Shown in pieces: positions 38,606-48,816 of a stretch of DNA of 64,000 nucleotides. The notes under the pieces are model-generated. The model searched no databases and had not been told where the DNA came from. It was given only the letters and a program-made list of their open reading frames with translations. The stretch comes from an uncultured virus (IMG/VR IMGVR_UViG_3300035180_001708) (Duplodnaviria; Heunggongvirae; Uroviricota; Caudoviricetes). The position numbers were made by a program, and so were the translations under genes. Position 1 is the first letter of the stretch. Every line of letters begins with the position of its first letter. The DNA lies in IMG/VR virus record IMGVR_UViG_3300035180_001708. One strand, written 5' to 3'.

Positions 38606-40786
38606 ATGTCAGATAACTCTATTTTAACAAAACTCGTCGTTGACTTCGACGATAGAAAATCAATTTTAAGAGCTGACCGAAATCAATACACCCACTTCTT
38701 GAAGGAAGAAGATGGAAGAAAAATAATCCTGTACTCCTTCGCCCATGTAATCAAGGGAGTTGAACGCAAGGCAACTCTTGTAGATTTGTCAGTCACTCTA
38801 GGTCGTAGAGTAAGACAAAAACTAAGGTTGAAGAGAAATTCTGTAGCCGCTTGCCAAGTTGGATGGTTTATTCTTGTCTCTTTCTTTGAGGTAGGTCTAC
38901 TCCACTACACACTGGAAAAAGCAGATAAGAAAGGTCGCAAGTCTAAATACCTGGCCTATATAATCACCGTCAAGGATCGAAAAAGTTTGTTTGATCTTTG
39001 GGATGAGTTGAACAAGGAAGAGCAGATTGACTTGTTTCCAACAGGCCAACCTCCTGGCGACTGGACTTCACCAACACACGACCTTGGGTATGTCATTATC
39101 AAGAAATCTAGCCCCGAGATTACCTCAAAGCTAGTACCAGAAACAGCACCACTAATCTATGAGATGTTGAATAAACTAGGGCGTCAGCCTTGGATCATCA
39201 ACACTCCCATGTTGGAGGTGCTAGAATATTTTATGGATCAGCCAGCGGAAGGAAACCCTCTAAAACATAAGACTGAACGTGATCCTGAACGTCGAGCTAG
39301 TTTGACTATTGAAATTGAAGCCATTGTGAGGTTGGCACGTCGAAATTCAGAAAGGCTGTTTTACCACCTTTACAATCTAGATTTTCGAGGGAGAATCTAC
39401 CCAAATTCTGCATATTTGCACGAGCAATCGTCTGACAATGCAAAGAGTCTGTTGCTGTTTGCCAAGGGGGTTCCCCTGGGAGAAACAGGGTTGTACTGGT
39501 TGTTGCTCCATGGTGCGAACACCTGGGGTAATGACAAGGTCTCTCTTGATGACCGAGTCGAGTTTTGTCTAACAAACTATGACACTTTTGTGGAGTATGC
39601 ACGAAATCCCTATGAAGTCAGAGGTTGGATGGAGGCTGATAAGCCTTTTAGCTTTCTAGCTTTTTGTCATGAGTTAATGTATTTGCAAGATTGGGTGTCA
39701 GCTGGAAACCTCCAGAATGAGTTTGTTTCTAACCTAGTGTTGTATCTCGATGGTAGCTGTAATGGCACACAGCATCTCGTAGCAATGTCTAAAGATGAAG
39801 AGCTCGCACCTTACGTAAACCTGGTCCCTGAAGAGGTGCCAGGAGACTTGTACAGTTATGTTGCGGACAAAGTCTGGGCTAGGCTCGACCGTCTTGCAGC
39901 TGCTGTACCCCCTGAGATTGCTTGTCAGCTAGACGATGTTTTGAATCGTCTTGAGACACTGCAAGAAGCCTATGACACAGCTCCTGCAGGATCTGAACGC
40001 AAGGCGATTGCCTACACTGAGGTCCAAACTTGGCGTAATAACAATCGTAAGCTGCGTGAGATGCTCTACCCGATCTATTGGGCGCGCATCACAGATCGGA
40101 AGCTACGGCGTAAGTTAGTTAAGCGGGGAGTAATGACTTCCAGCTATGGTGCGGTTCCTTTCGGAATGGGACAACAAGTGTGGGATGACACCCGAGGGCT
40201 CAGCCCTTATCTTGCTAGTCAAGAAAAGTTGTGGTCATCGATGCTTGGATTGGAATTGTATCAGACTTGCCGCGAAGACCTTGTTGGTCCAGGTAAGTTA
40301 CTGGCTCTTTTTGAGTCTATCGCCGATGCTTACAATGAGAAGCATGAATACATGGCTTGGTTTAGCCCTGTAACAGGGTTTCCGGTAGTTCAGCACTATC
40401 GCCAACCTTTGTCAACCCGAACTTGGCTGTCTTATGGAGAAAATCGCTTTCATGTTGTTGTTGAAAATTGGGAGGAAGCTACTCTTGACAAGGACTCACA
40501 ACGTCTTGGTGCGTCTCCAAACATTGTGCACAGTCTTGATGCTACCCACATGACCATGGTTATTTGTGCTGCGTACTTTGATGTGGCAGCAATACACGAC
40601 TCTTGGGGCTGTGTGGCTGGAAACATGGAGAAACTTTTTGTCTTGATCCGAGAAAAATTTGTAGAGTTGTATGAGAAAGACCCTTTGAAGCAGATTCTGT
40701 CGCAGCTAGATGCTGAGACAATGATGCCAAAAAGAGGTAGCCTACAGTTGGAAGGAGTGCTTGAGAGTGACTACTGCTTCTGCTGA
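38606..40786 (+). CDS. T7/T3-family single-subunit DNA-directed RNA polymerase
   Basis: LDFRGRIY, LDGSCNGTQH, RKLVKRGVMTSSYG, PNIVHSLDA, IHDSW. Confidence 0.95.
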   Translation: MSDNSILTKLVVDFDDRKSILRADRNQYTHFLKEEDGRKIILYSFAHVIKGVERKATLVDLSVTLGRRVRQKLRLKRNSVAACQVGWFILVSFFEVGLLHYTLEKADKKGRKSKYLAYIITVKDRKSLFDLWDELNKEEQIDLFPTGQPPGDWTSPTHDLGYVIIKKSSPEITSKLVPETAPLIYEMLNKLGRQPWIINTPMLEVLEYFMDQPAEGNPLKHKTERDPERRASLTIEIEAIVRLARRNSERLFYHLYNLDFRGRIYPNSAYLHEQSSDNAKSLLLFAKGVPLGETGLYWLLLHGANTWGNDKVSLDDRVEFCLTNYDTFVEYARNPYEVRGWMEADKPFSFLAFCHELMYLQDWVSAGNLQNEFVSNLVLYLDGSCNGTQHLVAMSKDEELAPYVNLVPEEVPGDLYSYVADKVWARLDRLAAAVPPEIACQLDDVLNRLETLQEAYDTAPAGSERKAIAYTEVQTWRNNNRKLREMLYPIYWARITDRKLRRKLVKRGVMTSSYGAVPFGMGQQVWDDTRGLSPYLASQEKLWSSMLGLELYQTCREDLVGPGKLLALFESIADAYNEKHEYMAWFSPVTGFPVVQHYRQPLSTRTWLSYGENRFHVVVENWEEATLDKDSQRLGASPNIVHSLDATHMTMVICAAYFDVAAIHDSWGCVAGNMEKLFVLIREKFVELYEKDPLKQILSQLDAETMMPKRGSLQLEGVLESDYCFC

Positions 40787-42668
40787 AATCACTATCTATG
40801 GCTACATTGAAGTAGATGAGTCGGATAATTTTCATCAAGAGTTCTTTACTACAAAGAGGTTGGAAGACTATTTTTCCTATGTAGAGAATGTTCCTACCCT
40901 CACTCCAAGTAGTATCTTGACTTTTCGATCTCAGGATGATCTCGACATGGAGTGTCTGCTTGTTCTTGACTGGGACTATTATTTTAATCCAGAGTCCAAT
41001 CACGACGACTACTGGGGAGAGTTGGTGCTGAAATGACTGAGAAGAACTGGGGTTGTATAAACTGTTCAGGTTGGGACTGTGCTTGTGACAAACCCAAGAC
41101 TGTTGAGTTGACTCCTGAACGATACCAAGAGTTGCTTGACGCTGAGGATAAACTTATTAAACTTGAGGCAGGAGGTGTTGACAACTGGGATGGGTATGAG
41201 TTTTGTTTTGAGGAAGAATGATGAGAAGACCACTTGTTTGGGTTGCTCCACGAGAACACAGTGCTTGTTGGTGCTGCCCAGGCCACGACAAGTTTCCCAC
41301 AGAGACCTACCGTAATAGACGGTCCAAACACGCTCGGGCTCGCGATCGACAGATTGAAAACCAACTTGTAAGAACAATACAGAAAAGGACACTGAAACAT
41401 GCGGTTGACCAAGGCAATTATTACGGCAATTACTAAAGTAAAACAAGAAGAAAAAGTAAACAATGTTCTTACGTTGGACTTCCAGGCTGCCCTCAACAAG
41501 GCAGTAGGTTTATCTTGGAGTGACTTCAATACAATTCGAAAAATTGAAGATTCAATGTTAGAGGGTAGAATTCTACAATACTACAAAGGTTTTTATGGCT
41601 TTTACAATTCAAATAACCAATATGCTACCTTGGTTTTTGATGGTGTTGTCTATGTTCCTTTTAACATAAGTACAAACACTATTCGATCTGTTTGCGGTAG
41701 CTTTATCACAAAAGAGGTTGTTAAGGACTGGGCTACAGTGTTGTCAGCCTTCACAAACGTTGAAGCAGCCATTGCAGTTTATCCTGAGTTGAAGCCTCGG
41801 TTTGTGGCCTTGTTTGGGGAGGTGTTCTGATGGCTAAGTTTATGGTGGTGTGCAAGTTAGAAACAACTGTTGTTGTTGAAGCAGGTAGCCCTAGCGAAGC
41901 TATCGACCGTTGGGGGCAATTACAAGAAGAAGGTCTTCTGACTCTTGACCATTATGTGATAGATCAAGATGAACCTTATACAATTCAAGTAGATAATCAG
42001 ACAAAGGAGACTATTAGTGTCTAAATGGGCTAATGAACCTTACGTGTCGAGTCCTTTTGTAGTATATGGCTACGTGGCAGATGGCGGTGATGGGTCTTAT
42101 AGTATTTTCTGGCTTGATGGGAAAATAGAAGATCACACAGATGAAGATTATATTGAAGGAGTGTCTGACGGAGACGGACTAAGCTATCGATCAAAACTGA
42201 CTTTTGATTCCAAAGAGGCAGCTATAAAAGCTGGTATTCGATACGAGCCAGTCCTGAACTGGCTGCAAGAGCATGGAATTAAAACAAGGGAAGTTTGATG
42301 TCACTAACTTTTCTGCAGCATACCTACATTGCGCGCTGAAATTGAATTTTGAAAGCACCAGGTAGCTATAAAGAGGAACAAAATCAATGAGCACTATTGA
42401 ACTCCATGACTACAATCCGACCTCTAAATCTGGGTCCAAAGGAATCTTTTTGTCTGTAGGGCCTGAGCGGCGGCGCAAGGTTTATCGCATTACGTCAAAG
42501 ACTGGCCGTGCGCTGTTTCTCAAGTATGCGTCGCGCTGGAACACAATGCAAGTTCATAACTACCATCATCTAGGTGTTGGTCTTCGAATTACCAAAAATT
42601 TGAAATGCTCTTACCTAGGCAAAGTCATTTCTACCCGCAAAGCCTTCAAGCTTATTGCTAACAGCTGA
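40761..42668 (+). other. Run of small hypothetical CDSs (incl. 41033-41221, 41218-41436, 41399-41830, 41830-42024, 42017-42298, 42387-42668)
   Basis: Coupled short ORFs between RNAP and SSB. Confidence 0.6.
42358..42376 (+). promoter_or_regulatory. Class B motif variant ahead of replication genes
   Basis: CCAGGTAGCTATAAAGAGG, intergenic, shares TAGCTATAAAGA core. Confidence 0.5.
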
Positions 42669-42723
42669 GGACTGGTTTTACAGTCCAACTTTATTTTAAC
42701 GAAACATATAGGAAAACAAATTA

Positions 42724-43227
42724 ATGCCGATTATTCAAGACGTGTCTGTGTTTTGGGTCAAACTGAATCCCGCTAAGCCGGAACGTTACCAAGGAAAAGG
42801 TCCTGCAAAGAACACTGTTCAAATCCGAGTGTATGAACGTGCCAAAAAAGATCAACTGGAAAAAGAGTACGGATTTAAATTCACTCCCAAGGAAGATGCT
42901 ACGACTGGTAAACTCTATTATCAGACCTCAATCTCCGCGTTTACCTATGGGACTGATGCCGACAAAAACGAAGACACTAACAACCAAAACAAGCCTGTCG
43001 AGGTTCGGACTGCCGATCTTCGCCCTCTTGACCCTGACACAGTAGGTAATGGTTCGATTGCAAACATTCGCTTCCGTATGAAGGACGATAAGTCTTCGCG
43101 TACCATTACCGGTATGCAAGTAACGAAGCTCGTTGTCTACAAGGGTCGTGAAGAAGAAGAATTCACTCGTTCTGACAACTTTGAAATCATTGGTGATGCT
43201 GGTGACAGCACAGGGGAAGAGTATTGA
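42724..43227 (+). CDS. ssb: Single-stranded DNA-binding protein (T7 gp2.5-like)
   Basis: VGNGSIANI, GMQVTKLVVY, acidic tail ending in aromatic residue (GEEY). Confidence 0.75.
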   Translation: MPIIQDVSVFWVKLNPAKPERYQGKGPAKNTVQIRVYERAKKDQLEKEYGFKFTPKEDATTGKLYYQTSISAFTYGTDADKNEDTNNQNKPVEVRTADLRPLDPDTVGNGSIANIRFRMKDDKSSRTITGMQVTKLVVYKGREEEEFTRSDNFEIIGDAGDSTGEEY

Positions 43228-43640
43228 ACTCAGTTTACCTTGCAGGCCCCATGGAAGGGGTTGATAAGGTAGTAGCAAACGCCTGGCGGGTAACTGTCAG
43301 GCGCGAGCTTGCCTTATCTGGAATAAACACCTTGGATCCTGCTAGACGACAAAGATACCACGACCAACCACCGTCTCTAAACTTGTCCAGAAAGATAGTT
43401 TCCCTTGACCTGCACGACATAAGTTCTTGTCGGCTAGTCTTGGCAAATCTATCCGAGCTGGGGGGAGGCCGTGCTTGGGGCACTGTTATGGAAGTTGCCT
43501 TGGCGGCTTACCACTTTCGAAAACCCGTAATTGTTCTTGCAGAAAAGGACTTCAAACATCCCTTCATTGAAACTTTCGCTACTGAGCTGGTCTATGATCT
43601 AAATGAAGCAATAGCTTCCTGCAAAGGTTACTTTCAATGA
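43224..43640 (+). CDS. Nucleoside 2-deoxyribosyltransferase-family protein
   Basis: VYLAGPM, LDP, DLHDI, GTVMEV, KPVIV. Confidence 0.85.
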   Translation: MNSVYLAGPMEGVDKVVANAWRVTVRRELALSGINTLDPARRQRYHDQPPSLNLSRKIVSLDLHDISSCRLVLANLSELGGGRAWGTVMEVALAAYHFRKPVIVLAEKDFKHPFIETFATELVYDLNEAIASCKGYFQ

Positions 43641-43894
43641 GCCAAAATCACGTCAGATATGAGCTGGTGGATACACAGCTTGACGGGCTACTGATGAAGA
43701 CAAAGTACCACCACAAACTTGAAAAACACTACGAAAAGATTATTCGTAGAGCTCCGCAGCTGGAAGGCTATATCTGTCTTCGTGTTATTCTTGTGCGATC
43801 AAATCTTCTCTGGTTCACACCAAGATTGGAAGATTTTCAAAAATTCAGACAGAACTTTGTGACAGCGTATATTGCAACAGAAGAAGTGGAATGA
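43637..43894 (+). CDS. Hypothetical protein
   Basis: ATGA coupling on both sides. Confidence 0.6.
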   Translation: MSQNHVRYELVDTQLDGLLMKTKYHHKLEKHYEKIIRRAPQLEGYICLRVILVRSNLLWFTPRLEDFQKFRQNFVTAYIATEEVE

Positions 43895-44172
43895 CAATGG
43901 CAGATCCAATTAATCCTGACTACTATAAAGGAGTTCTTGTAATTCCTAAGCATCGCCTAGCAGAGTTCACCACACCCAGTGGTGACATCTCTCTGGAATA
44001 CATGGATCTGATGGAGTTTGTCATGACTCCAGACCAGTTTGAAGGTCACTTGAAGGGGCAAGTATGGAAGTACTTGCTCCGTCTTGGAGGCAAAGATGAC
44101 CCAGTTCAAGAAGTTAAAAAATCTAGCTGGTACTTGACTCGTCTTGTGAAGTTTATTACAGGGAAAAAGTAA
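43891..44172 (+). CDS. DUF3310 / T7 gp1.7-like nucleotide kinase domain protein
   Basis: DPINPDYY...GQVWKYLLRLGGKDD..QEVKKSSWYL. Confidence 0.8.
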   Translation: MTMADPINPDYYKGVLVIPKHRLAEFTTPSGDISLEYMDLMEFVMTPDQFEGHLKGQVWKYLLRLGGKDDPVQEVKKSSWYLTRLVKFITGKK

Positions 44173-44987
44173 TGAAAATTCCTGCTGAGCGATTGTATTC
44201 AGTTGCAGAAAAAATCTTTTCGGAAACACCTGTGCAGATCGGGGAAGAAAAAAAGGTGAAAATGTTTAACCGAGGAGCTTATCTTGCAGGAGGGGCTATT
44301 GTAAACACTCTTCTCGGTAGTGAGCCCAACGATTATGACATCTTCTTTCGTGACAAAGACTTGGCATTGGACTTTGCTAGAGCAGCGGTAAGGGGGCTGC
44401 CAGTGACTGCTTCGGTTGTGCAGGTTAATGACAAGGTTGATCGGGTTGTACTTGAAGCAAACTTCAGCACTATTAATCGTATATTGAAGGCTGACAAGAA
44501 AAATGAATTGTCTTTTGTATCAAATACTGCCTTGAGCTACAAGAATAAGCTTCAAGTCATCACGGCCTTCATCGGAGAGCCCGAAGATGTCTTTAAGTTC
44601 TTTGACTATGAGCACTGCAAGGTCTATATGGACTTTAACATTGTCGAAGAAAAGTTTGTGGTTGGGGATGAACAAACTATCTCTGCAATTCTCACCAAGG
44701 ATCTGATTTATACAGGCGGGTCTAAGTACATCCTGTCTGCACTCATGCGATCTCAAAAGTTTGCAAAGAGAGGATGGAGCATGAAGCTTAGCTCTGCTCT
44801 TCGTTTGTCAAAAGGTCTTGGTGAGATTGACTTGACAAACAAAAAAGAGTTGAAAGAACAGTTGATTAGCTTTTACGGGTTGTCTGATGCAGCAGATGAC
44901 TTGTTGAACCAAGCTACTCGACTAGATGATTTTTCGTCAATTGATTTTGACAAATTGATTACAGTATTGGAAGGCGTTTACAAATGA
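44172..44987 (+). CDS. Pol-beta-superfamily nucleotidyltransferase-like protein
   Basis: YLAGGAI, PNDYDIFF, FDYEHC, R.QKF.KRGW. Confidence 0.75.
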   Translation: MKIPAERLYSVAEKIFSETPVQIGEEKKVKMFNRGAYLAGGAIVNTLLGSEPNDYDIFFRDKDLALDFARAAVRGLPVTASVVQVNDKVDRVVLEANFSTINRILKADKKNELSFVSNTALSYKNKLQVITAFIGEPEDVFKFFDYEHCKVYMDFNIVEEKFVVGDEQTISAILTKDLIYTGGSKYILSALMRSQKFAKRGWSMKLSSALRLSKGLGEIDLTNKKELKEQLISFYGLSDAADDLLNQATRLDDFSSIDFDKLITVLEGVYK

Positions 44988-45227
44988 TTGAGACTGTTGT
45001 TGTTGTGGAAAAAGGAACGAAGTACGAGTCCGGAGTTGGTTACACCGGTGCTGTTTTGTCTCGGTTGGGATTCCCCGAAGGACCCTATACTCCCAAGATT
45101 GCAAAGATTTTTGTGAGCCAGGCACGCTCTGTTGACTCTACCTTGAAGTTTGAGATCAAGCCTTACCGAGTCTAAACAACTCTTGGCCAGTGGGAGACTG
45201 CTGGCCAACCAAATAGAAAGGTAATAA

Positions 45228-47093
45228 TTGAAAAGACGAGTAGTATATGATATTGAGACTAACGGGCTGCAATCAACAGTAGACACACTGTGGATTGTGG
45301 TCGCCTACGACATTGATGAAAAAAAGTATTACACCTTTACTGACTGTGAAGACAACGACACTCGACAACCTTTGTCAGACTTGATCCCTTTCCTTGACGA
45401 TTGCAGGGTCTTGATTGCTCACAATCAGATGATGTATGACATTCCTGTTCTGCGCAAACTGATTGGTTGGATTCCTTCTCCTGATGTTGTGTTCTATGAC
45501 ACAATGATCTTGTCACAAGTTCTAAACTATAAACGATTTGGCTTTGGCCACAGCCTGGCTAAGTGGGGTGAGTTTTTAAACTATGCCAAGGTAGAGCATG
45601 AAGAGTGGAATCGTTATTCTCCCGAAATGAGAAAACGCTGCCAAGTCGACGTAGAGCTTAACGTAAAAGTTTGGGAGCACTTGTCAGCTGAACTGCAATC
45701 ACGAAAGAACAAAGAAACTCTTAAACTAGGCATCAGAGGCGAGCATTACGCCTCTTATTTTACTGGACGAGCAAACGCGGGTGGCTGGCCTTTTGACGTT
45801 GAAGCTGCTAAGCTGCTGCTGACTCGTATTGGTCATGAGCTGTTGCTGATCAAGGAAGTAGTCGAGCCTCAGTTGAAGCTCAAGATTGCTCAACTTGATA
45901 ATAATCCTGAGTTCAAGTCTCCTGCTTGGATCAAGAATGGAGACTACGCAGCAAGAACTGCTGGTTGGTTTGAAATTTCCCCTAGGCTTGGCCAGGAAGA
46001 AGATCGCCCTATCTGGGGTGACTACTGCCGAGTTCAAGCAGTAAAACCAGACATTGGTTCGATGGAATCTGTGAAGGGCTTGCTTTTTAGCCTTGGTTGG
46101 GTTCCTGATGAGTACAATTATGTAAAAAACGCTGCTGGAAAACTTATCCAGTCTACTCCGAAATTGACAGAGTCTAGCCTAGAGCCTCTTGGTAAAATCG
46201 GAGAAATGATTGGTGATTTTTATTCTCTTCGCGCAAGACACTCCGTTCTTCAAACCTGGATTGATTCTGTTGTTGACGGTAGGTTGCATGGAGACTGTTT
46301 TGTCATAGGAACACCCACTGGTAGAGCACGACACGAAATCATTGCCAACATTCCGTCAGCTGACGCTAAGTATGGCCCTGAGATTAGAGCCTTGTTCATT
46401 GCTCCACCTGGTTATGTTGTTGTTGGTGTTGACTCAAAAGGGAATCAGAACAGAGCTCTAGCTCATTACCTAAACAACAAAGATTACACCGAGGCTGTTT
46501 GCACCGGTGATATCCATGAATACAACAAGGGAATTCTAGAAACAATTCTAGGCAATATGGGAGCGGCAGGTCGTAAAAAAGCCAAGGCCTTCTTCTATGC
46601 TCTTATCTTTGCTGGAGGTGCTGGAAAGCTTGCACTTATCACTACAGGTAAAAGAGACCCTGTTCGTGGTAGTGTAATCAAGGAGTCTTTTCTCAAGGGA
46701 ATTCCAGGTCTTAAAAAGCTGGTTAGCTCTCTTGAAGACATGTTTACAGTTACCCAAGAGAAAACTGGAAAGGGGTACATCCTTGCTCTTGACGGTCGAC
46801 CTATCTTCATGGAAGCAGCTCGGCTAGCGCTGAACTACTTGCTTCAATCTTTTGAGAAGATTACAGTTTCTTTGTCCATTCAACAAGTGGTTGAAGAGCT
46901 GGACCGTGGTAGGTTTGATTGGCAACCGCTGATTTTCTACCATGACGAAATTCAGTTCTATGTTAAAGAGGATCAAGCCGAAGCTGCAAAGGAAATTGGC
47001 TTGAAGGCGTTCAAGGAAGCACCTAATAAACTCGGAGTCTCTATCATGGAAGGCTCTGCAGCAATAGGTAAAAACTGGTTCGAAACTCACTGA
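45228..47093 (+). CDS. Family A DNA polymerase with 3'-5' exonuclease
   Basis: YDIETNG, AHN..YD, TGR, DIH, RKKAKAFFY, ALNYLLQS, YHDEIQ. Confidence 0.95.
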   Translation: MKRRVVYDIETNGLQSTVDTLWIVVAYDIDEKKYYTFTDCEDNDTRQPLSDLIPFLDDCRVLIAHNQMMYDIPVLRKLIGWIPSPDVVFYDTMILSQVLNYKRFGFGHSLAKWGEFLNYAKVEHEEWNRYSPEMRKRCQVDVELNVKVWEHLSAELQSRKNKETLKLGIRGEHYASYFTGRANAGGWPFDVEAAKLLLTRIGHELLLIKEVVEPQLKLKIAQLDNNPEFKSPAWIKNGDYAARTAGWFEISPRLGQEEDRPIWGDYCRVQAVKPDIGSMESVKGLLFSLGWVPDEYNYVKNAAGKLIQSTPKLTESSLEPLGKIGEMIGDFYSLRARHSVLQTWIDSVVDGRLHGDCFVIGTPTGRARHEIIANIPSADAKYGPEIRALFIAPPGYVVVGVDSKGNQNRALAHYLNNKDYTEAVCTGDIHEYNKGILETILGNMGAAGRKKAKAFFYALIFAGGAGKLALITTGKRDPVRGSVIKESFLKGIPGLKKLVSSLEDMFTVTQEKTGKGYILALDGRPIFMEAARLALNYLLQSFEKITVSLSIQQVVEELDRGRFDWQPLIFYHDEIQFYVKEDQAEAAKEIGLKAFKEAPNKLGVSIMEGSAAIGKNWFETH

Positions 47094-47100
47094 GGTAAAA

Positions 47101-47517
47101 ATGACGTATGTAGAAACAGCCTTTGACTACCCCACCGTTGCCCAATTTGATGAAGAAGCAGCTCGGGTGGTTAATGTAGAAGATGCTCAGTTGGGGGTAC
47201 TACTTTACCTGCTGGTGTCTTACATCTACAAAAAAGACAACATCGAGTGTATGACAAGGGAGCGTTTCTACTCGCTTTGCGGTTTTCTTGAAGATCACAT
47301 TAGTCAACTGCCGGATAACAGTGCGAAGTTGATCAAGAAAGAGGATCTTGCAAAACGTGTCTGCACCTTGGTTATTCCAAGGAGCAAAGGGGAGTACTAC
47401 GTGAAAGGTAAGGAGATGCCTCCTGATCTTGACAAGAAGGCATTTCGTTACCTGCACAGTTTTAACTTTGGTTCAAAAGCAGAAAGTTGGGAGACTATTG
47501 AAGCTAGCACTGATTGA
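47101..47517 (+). CDS. Hypothetical protein, possible stand-alone LigA domain Ia-like
   Basis: YLLVSYIYKKDNIECMTRERFYSLCGFL. Confidence 0.5.
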   Translation: MTYVETAFDYPTVAQFDEEAARVVNVEDAQLGVLLYLLVSYIYKKDNIECMTRERFYSLCGFLEDHISQLPDNSAKLIKKEDLAKRVCTLVIPRSKGEYYVKGKEMPPDLDKKAFRYLHSFNFGSKAESWETIEASTD

Positions 47518-48220
47518 TGGTGACGTTCTTCTACACTGGTCTATGTGGAAAACACAGTCTGTAGAAGAAGCTATTGAACGATACAATTTTACATTGAATG
47601 AATGGGTAGAGGGGGTCTTTACATACGACTATCTAGTGTGTCTAGGCCCTCTTGACGGAAAGAACTTCCGAGATGACCTCTGGCCCCTGTACAAACAAAC
47701 CGCTTCCAGGGTATCTGGACGAGGGACAAGACCGGATCATCAACCTGCTTTTAAGGGCTGGGTTTACGATCAAAAAAACACGGTGATTGCTGACAACATC
47801 GAGGCGGATGATTTGCTTGGTATTTACAGCAACCAAGTAGACTCAGTGATTATCAGTGTTGATAAAGACCTGAACCAACTCGAGGGTTTTCACTACAATC
47901 CAAACCAAGGTGGGTTGTATTACCAAGACGAAGTTGGCTCAAAGAAGTTCTTGCTTGAACAGCTAGTCAAGGGAGACCCAATAGATAAAATCCCAGGGAT
48001 ACCTGGTATGGGAGATAAGAAAGCCAGAGCCTACCTAGAGCCTGCAGGAGACAACGTTCCTCAAGCTGCCGCCATGGTTCAGGATTTGTACACTAAGACG
48101 TACGGAGAAGAAGCAGAGTCTGCCCTCTTGTTTAATGGCAAACTCCTATATTTGATGAGAAAAGATTATGATTGGTTTACAATGAAAACCTTTCAGGAAT
48201 TGTTTACACAAGGATTGTAA
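47498..48220 (+). CDS. 5'-3' exonuclease (T7 gp6-like)
   Basis: LIDGD, NFR...YK, EADD, SVDKDL, GDPIDKIPG; TTG start after GGGAG. Confidence 0.92.
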   Translation: MKLALIDGDVLLHWSMWKTQSVEEAIERYNFTLNEWVEGVFTYDYLVCLGPLDGKNFRDDLWPLYKQTASRVSGRGTRPDHQPAFKGWVYDQKNTVIADNIEADDLLGIYSNQVDSVIISVDKDLNQLEGFHYNPNQGGLYYQDEVGSKKFLLEQLVKGDPIDKIPGIPGMGDKKARAYLEPAGDNVPQAAAMVQDLYTKTYGEEAESALLFNGKLLYLMRKDYDWFTMKTFQELFTQGL

Positions 48221-48238
48221 TGAACAACAAAGAGGTAA

Positions 48239-48712
48239 ATGTCTGATACTGGCCATTGGTCCGCTCAGGGTCTCAATCTAGACCCTGTCAAAGCGGTAGG
48301 CTTTGTATACATGATTATCGATCTTGATACCAATCAAAAGTATATTGGTAAGAAGAACTTCACTGGACGAGGAAAACTTAATAAAGGAGAGCCATCTAAC
48401 TGGAAAAGCTACAGCAGCTCTAGCAAGTACGTTCAACAAATGATCTCTGAAAAAGGAGAAGACAGATTTAAGTTCATCATCTTAGAGCAATACTTTACAG
48501 TAGGAGGTCTTACTTTTGCCGAAACTTGGTCTCAAATTGTTTGTGAAACCCCTTGTAACAACGATGAGTTTCTAAATCGATTTATCGACAAGATCACGTT
48601 CAAGGTAACAGAACCAGTAAGTCTCCATCACCGAAACCGATTGAAGTACTATCTGAGGAAATACAAATATGAAAAAACAGCTAAACCTGTTGAACCTGCA
48701 AGTGACGATTGA
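48239..48712 (+). CDS. GIY-YIG-family endonuclease
   Basis: GFVYMI...KYIGKK...WKSYSSS. Confidence 0.75.
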   Translation: MSDTGHWSAQGLNLDPVKAVGFVYMIIDLDTNQKYIGKKNFTGRGKLNKGEPSNWKSYSSSSKYVQQMISEKGEDRFKFIILEQYFTVGGLTFAETWSQIVCETPCNNDEFLNRFIDKITFKVTEPVSLHHRNRLKYYLRKYKYEKTAKPVEPASDD

Positions 48713-48816
48713 GTGGCTACAGTCGAGGTTCAAGACTAAAACCCCAGCATTGAAGTCATTGATGAAAGAGCTACTTGATGAAGAACTAGAACTATTGGAA
48801 ATCAAGGAATAAAAGT

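Noticed and set aside
48239..48712. GIY-YIG gene as a mobile homing element
   Set aside because: Short, no evident DNA-binding tail and no interrupted host gene; may be a resident replication nuclease
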